From the NCBI RefSeq assembly GCF_001194135.2, contig NC_068985.1, positions 29,578,464 through 29,642,463 on the forward strand: 64,000 bases of DNA. Reading direction: 5' to 3'. Origin of the DNA: Octopus bimaculoides (lineage: Eukaryota). Position numbers and translations under genes: made by a program. This document shows positions 49,683-63,152 of the stretch, piece by piece (positions within the stretch are counted from its first letter, which is position 1; each line of letters starts with the position of its first letter). The notes under the pieces are model-generated. The model saw nothing but the letters and a program-made list of their open reading frames with translations. It had not been told where the DNA came from and ran no database searches.

Positions 49683-50537
49683 AAGCATTTGCTTTCACTT
49701 TCTAGAAGTGCGCACTGTGTCCGGCTTAACTTTTTCTATATTTAACCGCAGCTTTCTTGACATATTTTCATCTCATATTTTTAATAATTTCTCTCATTAA
49801 AACCTAGCTTTCCCTTTAAAACCATCATGGCTACTATCAAACCATCTCATTCTTGGAAATTTTCATTGTTCTCGAGCGAAATTGTCAAACCTCGACTATT
49901 TTTTGAAATACTTTCTCTCTGTTTCCGTTTGGCCTCTCTAAATCTCCCCTCTCTGTTTAGATATCTTCCTCTCTCGCTCTCTTTCTGTCTGTTTATGTTT
50001 CCTGTTTATTTACATTTTAGCCATGTGAACATTTCATGGAATACATCGCCAATGGAACCAGTGTTCCATTTTCACGTCTACACACACACACACACACATA
50101 CATTTATATTCAAGTTGCAGTTTTTTGTTTTTTATTTTATTTTCATTTCATTCTCACAGTTTTTCTCTTCATCAAGTCTAATACTTGTTAAATACTTTTT
50201 TGCTTCTTGGAGTCTTGGAATCATATTTTGTTTCCATGTTTGCTTTTTCCTAAATTATGTATATTTAATAAAGGAAATCAAACATTGTAAAAATAGAAAA
50301 ATAAAGCTGAAATTACATGTATGCAGGTATGTATGTATACGCTGCATTTTTTTTTTTTTTTGTGTGTGNNNNNNNNNNNNNNNNNNNNNNNNNNNNNNNN
50401 NNNNNNNNNNNNNNNNNNNNNNNNNNNNNNNNNNNNNNNTGTGTGAAAAAGGTTATTTTGAATTTTTTATATAGCAAAGAAAATTTTTTAAATAATTTCA
50501 ACAACATATATAATTCTGGTGGAGATGTATACAAGAA

Positions 50538-50586
<49 letters not shown>

Positions 50587-53033
50587 ATCGGGCTATTAAT
50601 ATTTCTAATATTTGATTAATGAAATGGGGAAAATTCCACTTGAATTTTCGAGGGTTCCGATAAAGATATTTTCTTTAGCCCCCGATAAAAGTTAGCTGAG
50701 AGTCAAGAACACCGAATGAAATGTATTACATCTTGTTTCCTCTCTACCGTGTCACCGCTTCGGTATTTCATATACCAGTAATATACTGCTCATTAAATTT
50801 ATTATACTTGATGATTTCACTATGAACAATTGGCCCTTTAAAAAGAAAAAGAAAAATGGAAGAAACAAATAACTTTTCGTCAAGCCGAGGGATTCTTAGA
50901 GATAGTTGCTCAACATGCTTGAAACAGTAACCAAATCTGTCTTTAAAATGTGGTGGACACATTCGCTGATGCAGTAAGTGTAATCTTTGATCATAGGTGC
51001 GTTCGGTCAGGTCCAACAGTAGACTAAACAGCAGGCAGTTTTCTTTTGCTTCACAAAAATATCATTTATGCACATACATACCCCCACAATCACCCCTACC
51101 TCTCTCACCAGCGGGCGCGCACGCACACACACACACACGTCACTGTGAACATGTTATCTTACAAGCGGACTTGATATTAGCAATGAATTTTGTTCTATGT
51201 ATTATTGTATAGATGGTGAGAGAGGTGTAAAGGAACAAACAACAGTAATAAACTAAGATTTTTTTCTTGATTTCCTGTTCATTTATATTATTGAAGGTGA
51301 TAGGATATTTTCAAAAAAAATTGGTGATACATATGTATGGGTATTTATACATGTTTATGTGTGCCTTGAAATCACGTGATGGTTGTAAACAAGGATCCCT
51401 GTCATACCAGCGATGTTTATTTCCAGTCTGCCATGAAAAACATATCTGTCCATGGAATATATTACCTAACTTGGAAACAGGTGAGAGTTGGTAACAGAAA
51501 CGGTATCCGGCCACTGAAAATCTGCCTCACTAAAGTGGATGTTAAGTAACAATGATGATGATGATGGTTACACACACACACACACAAGTGGTGTGCTGGC
51601 GAAATCGTTAGCACATGGAATAAGATGCTTAGCGATATTTCTTATGTTTCTTTACTTTCTGACTTCAAATCCCGCCGAGGTCAGCGTTGTCTTTCATCTC
51701 TGGGAACAGATAGCATAAAGTACCAGTCAAGTGCTAGGGTCGATTTAGTTGCCCACCCCTCAAAATTGCTCACTTGGAGGGAACATGTGATCTCAGCCAT
51801 TTATACACCATGGAAACCGAATAACCAGCCTTGTGATTCTAAGCCCAGCTGTGGCTGTGTGATAAGAAGCTTGCTTCCTAATCACATGGTTCCGGGTTCA
51901 GTCCCACTGCATGGTACTTTGGCCAAGTGTCTTCTACTATAGTTTTGGGCCAACCAAAGCATTGTGAGTGGAAACTGAAAGAAACCCGTCAAATATATGT
52001 ATATGTGTGTGTATCTTTGTGTCTGTGTTTGTCCACTACCGCTTGACAACAGGTGTTGGTATGTTTGCGTCCCCGTAACGTAGCGATTCGGTAAAAGAAC
52101 GATAGAATAAGTACGAGGCTTGAAAAAGTCCTGGGTTCGATTTGTTCGACTAAAACCCTTTAAGGCGGTGCCCCAACATGACCGCAGTCAAATGACTAAA
52201 GCAAGGAAAAGCTACATGTGTATATATATATATATATATATATCAACGTGTGTGCGTGCGCGCGCGTAGGTACTATGTAGCCAAATGGCTAAGAAGTTTG
52301 CTTTGCAGCCACGGATACCCTGGATCGATTCCACACATACTACTAAACATCTTAAGTAGGTTTCTTTTTTTTTTTTTTCTTTTAATAGCTTCAAATTCTT
52401 TACATGAGAAACCTACCAGGTCGATTGAAGATTTCGTTAACGAACGTTCGCCGACTGACATGATTCAGTTGATTGAGCTGAGTCCTCATCGGATAATCCG
52501 CATCCACCACATTATATATGTGCGTTTGTATTCACACACACACACACACACACACACACGAGATTTAAGATCAGGCATGTTGGTGGAAGATAAGACAGAA
52601 GGTAAACGTGGAAAGAAAAGTTGGTTAAGTACTTTGAAGTAAATTGGTGTGATACAAATCATTAACAGTAAACAGTAAAACCCAGGAAGGTGATTATGCA
52701 AACATGTATACACCCATATTTCTCTCTCTTTCTCAAATATATACATACATACATACATACATATATGTGTGTGTGCATATGCATTTAACAAATCATGACA
52801 TGGTCTGCCAGAAGACTCCCTCCCTTTCTCTTGTACAGCAATAATATTTTTAAAAACCGTTTACATTCTTATTTAATCCACGGTGAAAATTTATATTTAA
52901 ATTTGGTCATGGATATAACATATCTATCTATCTATCTATCTATCCACAAACATACATATATGCATACATACAAATATACATACATGCATACAAACGTTTC
53001 ATTAACACAAAGTGATTATTAATTTGACATTAA

Positions 53034-53254
53034 CCCTTTTGTCTCCATATTTCTGTTGAGATGCTTTGTGTTTCTCTCAATTATTTTAAATATAACAAAG
53101 AATTTAGTAAAATAACTTAGTTATCATTAATCTAATGTTAGGAACATTAATTTTGACTAAGGTTTTGTGGAAGATTTTAATTCAAAACTTATGAAAACAA
53201 GACATTTGTACTACAGAACCAGAGGCGATTTCAGCCAGGCTGGTAACAAAAAGG
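53034..53254. mobile_element. TTAA-flanked (piggyBac-type) MITE
   Basis: TTAA|ccctttt...aaaaagg|TTAA. Confidence 0.7.
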
Positions 53255-53673
53255 TTAAGTTTTAATTATGCAATACACATTGTGTGACTAATAGTAATCC
53301 TGTCTTAATGAAATGTACGTAAGATGATCTTATAAACAATCTCTCACGTTTTTGTTTTTCGTACTTCTACACGTACACTGAGAAACAACCAAACTCTGGA
53401 TTCTTAAATGATAACGCGCGCACACACACACACACACACAATGTACATGTGTATGTGTGTGTTTTTATATATATATATATATATACATATATAGTATTAT
53501 ATATCCATCACGGACGGGTGATGTTACCAATCGGTTTCTTGCAAGGATGTCAATGGACAGTTAGGTAACAATCTAATTATATAACCTTGCGCTCATCAGA
53601 GTTAGCCGATATGGAAGGAAATATGACGACTGCTTAGGCGATTCGCGCAGGTATGTGTGGGTGTGTGTATGTG

Positions 53674-53705
<32 letters not shown>

Positions 53706-53738
53706 TACATACATCATACATATATATATATATATACA

Positions 53739-53769
<31 letters not shown>

Positions 53770-54526
53770 GTGCGTGTATGTTTGTATGTATGCATAAATG
53801 AATGTATGCAGGACCGGCTCAAGGTACCGGCAACTTTGGCAGTGACCCGGGGCGTCAGCAACCTTGGAGCGGCCTTGTATGTATGTATGTATGTAGAATC
53901 TCTTCTTTGATCCAGTCGTTGCTCAACGGCCTTGCTGGGGCACCGCCTTGAGAAGTTTAATCGAACAAATCAATCCCAGTACTTATTTTTGTATGTCTGG
54001 AACTTATTCTATCCGTCTCTTTAGCTGATTCGCTAAGTTACATAAACAGACCTATTCCAGTTGTCAAGCGGTTGGGGATACACACACATACATACATACA
54101 TAGATGTACACAACTTCACTCTTTTACCGCTTTTCGTAGACGTCTTCAACACCATAGTTCTCGTTTTTCAGTTCAAGGGGCATAATTGTAAAAGGAAATA
54201 GTGTTTATTTTGGAATAGTTTCCCCTTCCGGTAATATGACTTTACTGCTCTTGTGTAGTTTATCAAAAATCCGTCATGTATATACTCACGTATAAGCAAT
54301 ATGCTGTGTAGCATGTTACAGTTCACGTAACTGTAACTTATCGGTAAACAATGCCATCACATTTTATGAAAACGATGGTACCTATTTAAGTATCGAATTG
54401 GAAATTTGAGTTACCTCCCCTATCCTTATCGCAACAAAGTAGTTTCAAATGTTGCTACAAGGGCAACCATGTTGGGAGGAGGGGATAAGTTGATTACATC
54501 GACTCCGATGTTTCACTGGTACTTAA

Positions 54527-54746
54527 CCCATTAAGTCCTATTGTCCTATAAATAGGACACTAAATGAGAACATCAAATAAGCTATATTACATTGTCTCAG
54601 TGTCCTATTTATAGGACACCGTGTATTTCCATTTCTACATGAAGTAAAGGAGTTTTAATAATTTTTTTCATTTTAACCCATTTTCAATCATTTGTAAAAA
54701 TTTAAAAGTGATATTCAGAAATTTAAGTACTCTGGGACTTAATGAG
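54527..54746. mobile_element. TTAA-flanked (piggyBac-type) MITE nested in a SINE
   Basis: TTAA|cccattaagtcc...ggacttaatgag|TTAA; SINE sequence continues on both sides. Confidence 0.8.
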
Positions 54747-56451
54747 TTAATTTATCAATCCCGAAATGATGAAAGGCAATGTCGACCTCCACAGTATTTG
54801 AACTCAGAACTTAGTGACAGGCGAAATACTGCAAAGCATTTCGCCCGGCGTGCTAACGATTCTGCCAGCTCTGACCAAGTTGATCTCTGATCAAAAGTGT
54901 TACAGCTCTGAGCATCCCGTCTTTTGATGGGGATGTCTATGAGACATGATGTAATATTATTTCATTAAAAATAAAATGGCACAGTGTGATTTGAGGAAGA
55001 TTTGGTTGCCAATTCTTGAGCTATATATACTAATTTCTTCTTCTTCTCAATCCTCCCCTTCCCCTCCTCCCTCTTCTTCGTCTTCATCATCGTGAACTGT
55101 CTCTAAGCAGCAAGCTACAGCAGAAACGTTAGCACGCCAGGCAAAATGCTTAGCAGTATTTCATCCACCTTTATGTTCTGAGTACAATTCTTTGACTTTT
55201 ATCCTTTAGGGATTGATAAAATAAGTACCAGTTGAGCCCTGGGATCGATGTAATTGATTTACCCTCTCCCTGAAATTACTGGCCCTGTACCAAAATTTGA
55301 AACCATTATTATTTTTGCCTTACATTTATAAGTATTTATAAATGGAATATTTTGATGAGCATTCTTACTTCAAGTATGGTAAGAGACTAGACTAGGGAAA
55401 CCCAATTGCTGTTTAAACATTGTTTCAGATATGAATGTTCTCCATTTCAACTTCTTTCTTCTGTCTTCTCATATTAAGATTCAAAACCTCTAATTTCTAA
55501 GTGTTCATAGTTTTAAATTTTGCAGCATAATTATCATAATTTTAAGTCATAAACTTTCATTAAAAGATACATTCCAAATACACTGCCTGTGTGTTTTAGT
55601 TGATTGTGAAAATAATCAAAAATTTTTGTGGAATTTAATAAAATAATGTTTCCAGTATTAAGATGAGGATGAGGATTCTTTTCTTTTTATACTTTTACTT
55701 GTTTCAGTCATTTGACTGCGGCCATACTGGAGCANNNNNNNNNNAGAAGACACTTGCCCAAGGTGCCATGCAGTGGGACTGAACCCATGACCATAATATG
55801 ATGATAATGATAATAATTATGATAGTGATAATTATAATAATCCTTTCTACTATAAGCACAAGGCCTGAAATTTTGATAGGAGACAGCTAGTTAATTACAT
55901 CAGCTCCAGTACTCAACTGGTGTGTATTTTATCAAGCATGAAAGGATGAAAGGAAAAGTCGACCTTGGTAGTATTGGAACTCAGAATTTAAAAGAGTTGG
56001 AAAAAAATACTGCTGAGCTCAACAAGCTTATTTTATGCAGAGCTCAGGTAAACTGCAGCAATAATTTCTAATATCATCACAAGGCCATCAATTTGCAAGG
56101 AAGAACATTCATTTAAATTAAGTCATTTAAATTAATGCTAATATTTGACATGCACTAATGATCTAACAAAGAAAACTCAGCATGATTGCTCACTCATATT
56201 ATTATTATTATTATTACTATTCAGATAGCAAACTGGCAGAGTTGTTTGCACATCTGAGAAAATACTTAGTGGCATATCATTTGGCACTTAACATTCAAAG
56301 TTTAAATTCCACTGATGCTTCACTTTGCCATTCATCCTTTTGAGGTTGATAAAATAAGTACCATTTGAGCACTGGGGTCAAAGTAATTGATAATTCCCCT
56401 TCCCCAAAATTGCTGGCCTTTTTACAAAATTTGTAAAAATTATCATTATTA

Positions 56452-56642
56452 TTAGGTCGGTGCATAATTATTGCGGCTTTTTTCAATAAATTTTATTCAA
56501 TAAAATATTTAAACAAAACGCCAAGCAGAAATTGAAGTAGATGGTGAATATGCTCCGGAATAATCATTTAAAGATGTTTTTGATAAATGTTGTTATTGTT
56601 TTTGTTGAATAAAATTTATTGAAAAAACGCCACAATAATTAT
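56452..56642. mobile_element. Mariner-type MITE (right end clipped)
   Basis: TA|ttaggtcggtgcataattattgcggcttttttcaataaattttattcaa is mirrored by ttgaataaaatttattgaaaaaacgccacaataattat. Confidence 0.75.
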
Positions 56643-57170
56643 AAGAATTGTTAGCATATCAGACAAAATGCAAAATGCATTTTTTCTGGCTCATAACATT
56701 CTGACTTGGAATTCTGCAGAAGTCAACTTTGCCTTTCATCCTTTCGAGGTCAAGAAATCAAAGTACCTTTCAAGTATAAGGTATCAATGTAATTCACTTA
56801 CTTCTTCCTTAAAACTGCTGGCTTTGTAACAAAATTTGAGATCATCATCATCATCATCATCACCACCACCACCACCATCATCATCATCATCGTCATCATT
56901 AAGGCAGTGAGCTGACAGAAAATTTAGATGTCTGCTAATTACCTTGGTTTCTAATTACAATATTGATGATGATGATGATGACGACGATGATGATGATGAT
57001 GCCAATGTTGACAAATTTTATTCATTACCTCCTTATGTTTTCTTTTATTTATTTCAGATTATTAAAACAAAAGTGTTGTGCACTTGAAGAAAAAAGATTC
57101 TGTAACAGATTTTTCTGTACATTACCTACCTTCCCCTGCCCTTCAGAAAATTTTAATCCAAAATAGCATT

Positions 57171-58466
57171 ATGGATTCAGTCAGTCAAAATATTGCTGAT
57201 TCCTCACTAAGACCAAAGGATTTCAGCAGAAGCTTTAACCAAGATATGATCACTAGTCAGAACAGAAATGATCCTTGCAAATTCTATGGTATATCATATA
57301 CTGAAACTGCTTGTGCTGTGTCTGCATATATTCCACCAGCATCACATCCTTTGATACCCTCACAGTCATTGGATAATAATGGAAGTTTAATGATATCAGT
57401 TACTTCACAGTCAGTACATACTGGAGTGCTGCCTGCATTACCAGATGCACCCTTACAACCTTCATCTAATTCAAAGACAATAAATTCTAAAAAATTAGAT
57501 CAGCCCAGGCCATACAACTGCCATTTTTGTTCAAAGAAATTTTCACAGTCAGGTCACTTAACAAAACATCTCCGAGTTCATACTGGTGAGAAACCTTATG
57601 AGTGCACTTTCTGCAAAAAGCGGTTTTCTCAGTCAAATAATCTTACTGCACATATGCGTACACATACTGCTGAGAAACCTTATGAATGCCCTTGTTGTGG
57701 ACTTGCCTTTTCTCGATCTGACAACCTTGCAACCCATGTCAGGACACATACTGGTGAAAAATGTTTCCCTTGTACGATGTGTCCTAAATCTTTTTCTCAC
57801 TCTGGTAACCTCACCGAACACATCAAAACACACACAGGAGAAAAACCATTTGAATGTGAATACTGCAACAAGAAATTTTCACAGTCAGGCCATCTTACCA
57901 AACACCTCAGGATTCACAAGGGAGAAAAACCCTATATATGTAACTTCTGCTCAAAAGCATTTTCCCAGTCAAATAACCTAACTGTACACTTGAGAATCCA
58001 TACTGCAGAACGACCATTTTTATGCAACTTTTGTTCAAGTACATTCCCTCGTTCTGACTCTTTAAAGAGACATTTACGTGTGCATTCTGGAGAACGTATT
58101 TATGAATGTAATCATTGTGAGAAAACATTCTCTCATGCAGGGAATTTGAGTGAACACTTGAAGACACACACAGGTGAAAAGCCTTATGCATGTACACTTT
58201 GTGAAAAGAAATTTGTGCAGTCAGGACACTTAACAAAACATCTAAGAACACACACGGGAGAAAAACCATTTTCATGTTCAGTTTGTAAGAAATCTTTTAT
58301 ACAATCAGGACACCTGTCAAAACACATGAAAATTCATCAAAAAGACAGTTTATATCTTGGTACATGTAGTAAGGATTCAAGTTCCACAGATCCCCCAGAA
58401 GCTCTAACAAAGCCTCCAACGTCAGAGAGTGTGTGTGCAGAAACACAGCCCACAATATCGTTATAA
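57171..58466 (+). CDS. C2H2 zinc-finger protein, 431 aa, 10 tandem fingers, single coding exon
   Basis: Acceptor tttcag at 57058, in-frame stop at 57063, first ATG at 57171. Ten C-x2-C-x12-H-x3-H fingers with TGEKP-type linkers; TAA ends at 58466. Confidence 0.93.
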   Translation: MDSVSQNIADSSLRPKDFSRSFNQDMITSQNRNDPCKFYGISYTETACAVSAYIPPASHPLIPSQSLDNNGSLMISVTSQSVHTGVLPALPDAPLQPSSNSKTINSKKLDQPRPYNCHFCSKKFSQSGHLTKHLRVHTGEKPYECTFCKKRFSQSNNLTAHMRTHTAEKPYECPCCGLAFSRSDNLATHVRTHTGEKCFPCTMCPKSFSHSGNLTEHIKTHTGEKPFECEYCNKKFSQSGHLTKHLRIHKGEKPYICNFCSKAFSQSNNLTVHLRIHTAERPFLCNFCSSTFPRSDSLKRHLRVHSGERIYECNHCEKTFSHAGNLSEHLKTHTGEKPYACTLCEKKFVQSGHLTKHLRTHTGEKPFSCSVCKKSFIQSGHLSKHMKIHQKDSLYLGTCSKDSSSTDPPEALTKPPTSESVCAETQPTISL

Positions 58467-60654
58467 AAAAAATGCTGGCAAACTGAAAGAGATTCTATTT
58501 AATGTATTCAATATTTATGGCAGTTAGTTGCGTAAGAAAGTCTGTTTAATTGCCTTTTATGCAATTACAACATTAAAAAAGCTAACCAGTTGAAAAATTA
58601 TCTGGGTAATGCTTGGTGTATGCATTACAAGAAATCCTACTCTCTTAGTTTTTTGTTACTTTTGTTTACTTGTGTTGTATTTTGTTAGATAAACCTCACT
58701 TTTTTCTGCTTAAGAAGTATATTTGACCCTATAGATAAAGTTGTATATTAGGAGTTAATGAATTATTTAAACTGATCATCATACAAAAGACACCCTGTTT
58801 ATTTTTTTTGAAGCCTTAGAAAATATCAAAATATTTTGTTATTGTCCAATGAAAAAAAAAAAGGTAAATATAAATTAAATCAACTAGCTCAGTCATACTG
58901 TATGTGTGTGCATATTTACTAAGAGTGCCCATACAAATTTACAGGAAATGTGAAAATAAATTTAAAAACGGTACTGTATGACACACATAAAACCCATATC
59001 CTCTATTTATTGTCCTGATAGATTAACCAGTTATGCTGCCAGTATTCCACTGTTTCTCAGTACAACTAAATCTCAAACAAGTTATGCCATATGGTTAAAT
59101 TACTTCCATTATTTTAGTGCATCTGTATTTGTTTCTTAGCATATATCACTTCTCATAAACTAATGTAAATCGACAAGTTGTTCATTAGCTAATCTTTATA
59201 TCTATTTCCTAGTTACATTATTCCAAAATGGAGACCATTTAGCCAATGTATATGACTCTCAAAACAAATACTTGATATATTCTATCTTTAAAAATTAAAT
59301 GGTTTATAGCTAATTTTCCATTCTTGTATGAACCAAATATTTTAGTTGTTGGAGTAACTATTTTTATAGCTAGATGAAGCTTTTCCCACTGTTGCCAACT
59401 TCAAATTTGAAGTAGGGAGTTTAGTCAATTAATGGCTGTAGTAAGATCCGAAATTTCAACTGTTTTTTATTTCTTTCAGTTTGATTGGTCTGGAGGAAAA
59501 GGTTGTGCCAGCGTCAATTTTAACATTTCTCTTAAGCAGTTGCAAGTTGATAGTTGTCAGCAGTCCCAAACCTTAACTGCACAGCAATTACATTGTCTTG
59601 ATAAATGGTCCATAAATTATATAATGAGTTAAATCAAATGAAGATTGTTCACTGAATTTATTCACATCAAATTATTTCTATTTTGTTTGTAACTTTCATG
59701 TCTCTGTTCTTGTTTATATTTAATATTTACTAATGTATTTGTTGAAAAAAGCTTAACTAACCCTTTAATTTATGGATTGGAAATAATCTTATATAATGTG
59801 TGTGTGTGTGTGTGTTTAAAATGTACAGTGGGTGAAAATTGAAGGTGGACAATTACTGATTAAATGGTCATAAGTTCAGACCTTATTGCCATAACTTTTT
59901 TTTTTTTTTGTGATTTTGGCTATAAAACATAATGCTACTGCTTTGCTAATGAACAGGTACCATTCCTATTACACCTTTATTTGAGACCTACTTTATGTTA
60001 ACCACTCGGGGCAACAACACTACTTTCACTGAATTTCTCAAGAGCAAGATCTTTTAAGAAATTTACTGAAAGTAGTGATTCCAGTAAAGCTTTGTTCCTT
60101 ATCTGGAAAATTTCCTACTGTCTGTGGGCTCCATTTATCTCTCATCTCTTGAATTGGTAACAACTTCTTGTCACATCATACCCACATAATGTGTGCTGAT
60201 GGAGCTCTCACAGACACAAATTCTATCAACACTGCAACTTTTCTATTTACTCATTAATGACCTGCTTTGTTATCACCTCTAACAAGGTCTTTTCCTTTGT
60301 TACCACCCTTCAGTTCTCGCTAACCTTCCACCCTTCAGTTCTCTGTAACCTTCTACACTCAAGCATCATTCACATGTAACTTAAACTCCTCATACCAAAT
60401 CTGCCCCAACACTATGAACAGAGATTTCAAAAACATCTTCTATTGAAGCCATGCCAATTTCATCTCCTTCATCAGCACAAAAACACAATACGTACACTTA
60501 TCAAGAAAACATTAGTACAACCACAACCATCACACAAGGACCATCAAAATGCCTACAAATGCTTGATGGAAGATCTCTTCCGCCAAACACACCTTTAACA
60601 ACAAGGACTGTATCATAAAGAATGGCCTTTCACTTCAGAGCCAGTAAAATATTT

Positions 60655-60887
60655 ATTTCTTCATTGCACACTGGGGGCTAAACGTAGAGGGGACAAACAA
60701 AGACAGACAAAGGGATTAAGTTGATTACATCAACCCCAGAACACAACTGGTACTTATTTAATTGACTCCAAAAGGATGAAAGGCAAAGTCAACCTTGGCA
60801 GAATTTGAACTCAGAACATAACAGCAGATGAAATACCGCTTAGCATTTCGCCTGGTGTGCTAATGATTCTGCCAGCTCGCCGCCTTT
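60655..60887 (-). mobile_element. Full-length tRNA-derived SINE (ggcggcgagctggcagaa head; many other copies in window)
   Basis: 17-bp TSD gagccagtaaaatattt at 60638-60654 and 60888-60904. Confidence 0.9.
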
Positions 60888-63048
60888 GAGCCAGTAAAAT
60901 ATTTCAACCTCCAACAACTACTGATTCTTGCAAAAAGTTCAAGTGTGACTCAAAATAATGTACTACACCCATATCTAGGATGATGCTACTACTACATATA
61001 CAAACATCCTAGACTGCATATAAAAATGGTTACTTGATAATTAACATGAAATCACTTACTAACACACTCCAGTTTCTAGCACAAATGCCTGCTGTTTCCT
61101 CTGTGTGCTTACCTGCCACAACTACAATAGCATCTGTTCCTTGAAACTGACTACTATTGTGCCAACTACCCCTGATTCACATACACCTCATCTGCTCATC
61201 ACCCATATTGCATTCTCCCTTTCTCATTTACCAGTGCACCCACTTCAACCTCCTTAGAACCTCAGTCCACTGGAATTCTTTCCGTAAACATGTATTTTCT
61301 TGCAGCAATCAGTTTGCAACATTAACTACATTGATGTCATTGACCTTGGAATGCAGACCACAGACATGGTCACCACCAATAAGAAAAAAGTTAAATGATT
61401 AGTTACTTGTAAAGTATCCTGCATTAAAAAACAAATTCACAAAAACCATCCTACAGTAAAAATAAATGATGATTACTACAAAATATTTGTTCTATGGTTT
61501 GTATTCATGACCATTTGATCAGGATTCCAAGAACTTAATTCCAGTCATTGTACCTGCACATCCAAAATATATGGTTTATTATTTGCTAGTTTCTTTAAAT
61601 GGAAGGTTTGAACATAAATTGCTTGCCTTGCTGTGAATATTGTTGTTGTTGTTGAGTGGCTCTAGTTGAGTTTCTAATTTTGGTACAGCATTCCAATTTG
61701 TGGTAGTGGACCAAGCATGATACTTGGTTTAACACCAGCAAATATTCTATGAAAGTCTTCAGAAAAGTTTATTCTGGTATTATCTCTCCCTCACTGCACC
61801 CTTTTTCCTGTTGCTGTTCAGGATGAACATCGGTCGATTTTACTTTTTATTTATATTAACTGTTGAAATCTGGAAATGTGTTTGTTATACACAACTCTGA
61901 TTGTGCACACCTAGGATAAAAGGTATTTTAGATATGACTGTCTTGTTTTGTTTTTTTTTGTTTTTTTTTCAAAAGATGTAATAGGACTGTATTTTCTAAG
62001 ATGGTCTTTCTGTTTTCAAACGGTCAGTTGTATTTTGTGGAAAATTCGCCTGCCATTTGTAACAGCTCTACGACCATGTAGATCAGGCATGGGTAGCATT
62101 TTTCGCGAACTGGACTCACGTGGGAGATGGCTCATCATCATACGGACCATACTACTAAAGAATTTTAAAGTAATTTTACGTTAGACATGCCGTTCAGAAA
62201 GTCCCACTGGCCGCTTGTTGCCCATAACCAATGTAAATGTCAAATCATCTTGAGTCGGTTAGAATTTCAGGGGAGATAACTTTTCAAATGCATCGTAACT
62301 AATTTGNNNNNNNNNNATTTTCAGCCTATTGACTAGACTGAAGCGAAGATGAAAAAAAAAAAAATAATAATTGTTAATATAACGAAATTATTATATGAGT
62401 AAGGTATAAAGAAATAATCAAACTTAATTTTTTTTTATAGAGTTAAATACGCAGTGAACAGGAATAGAATGACAAAAGAAAGTGATATTATAAATCATAG
62501 TTAAAGTTATTAATATTTTAAGTCGCTTGATAAGTTATAACGTGACTTGTGTAAAATAATACTATACATATAATGGCATCACAAGTTTGATGGGAGTTGG
62601 GGTGGAAATCACCTTTATACAACAACTTACATAAAACAATAATAAAATAAATTATTCAATGATACATTAAATCACACATCAAGGAAATTTTCAGGTATTT
62701 TTCCTTTTTTTTTTATTATTAGATTTGCAAATATGTTTTAATGCAAGATTTGGTGAAACAAATTCCTATATTTGTTGTGTTACTAAAGTTATTTCCCCTG
62801 AAATATCTTTGGTCCAGAAATATCAAATTGAACTCAAGCTTTTCCCCCACTTTTCTTCTAAATTACATATGCATTTGGAGAAAATGGGTAGTATGCATGA
62901 CAATGTACCATGTTGCACGTATGAGCAAACCATCTTAACTTCGAATGATCACGTTCGCCTTATTTTAAGTGTAGCTCACGCATTATTCACTGCAGGAATT
63001 TCCTATTGTAGTTCTCTGCAGTGGTTTATCGCCATTGTTTACTGTTGT

Positions 63049-63152
63049 AGTTCACTGCTATGGTTCACCAATGTAGTATAATTGCAGTAAAATCGATGAG
63101 TGTAACACTCATCGATTTTATTGCAAGCGAAATTGAACTATAACAGTGAACT
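63049..63152. repeat. ~100-bp palindrome with a 22-bp near-perfect core
   Basis: ttgcagtaaaatcgatgagtgt-a-acactcatcgattttattgcaa (63082-63126), with outer arms agttcactgctatggttca / tgaactataacagtgaact. Confidence 0.85.

Noticed and set aside
1277-50619. Long ORFs in the ORF track made mostly of X, and low-complexity ORFs (e.g. 9330-10324, 41752-42567, 44343-44999, 47642-48418, 49827-50474)
   Set aside because: They run through N gaps or (CT)n/(CA)n/(TA)n microsatellites and have no recognisable domains.
57078-57170. N-terminal extension of the ZNF ORF (MHLKKK...)
   Set aside because: It starts at GTG, not ATG; the first in-frame ATG is at 57171.
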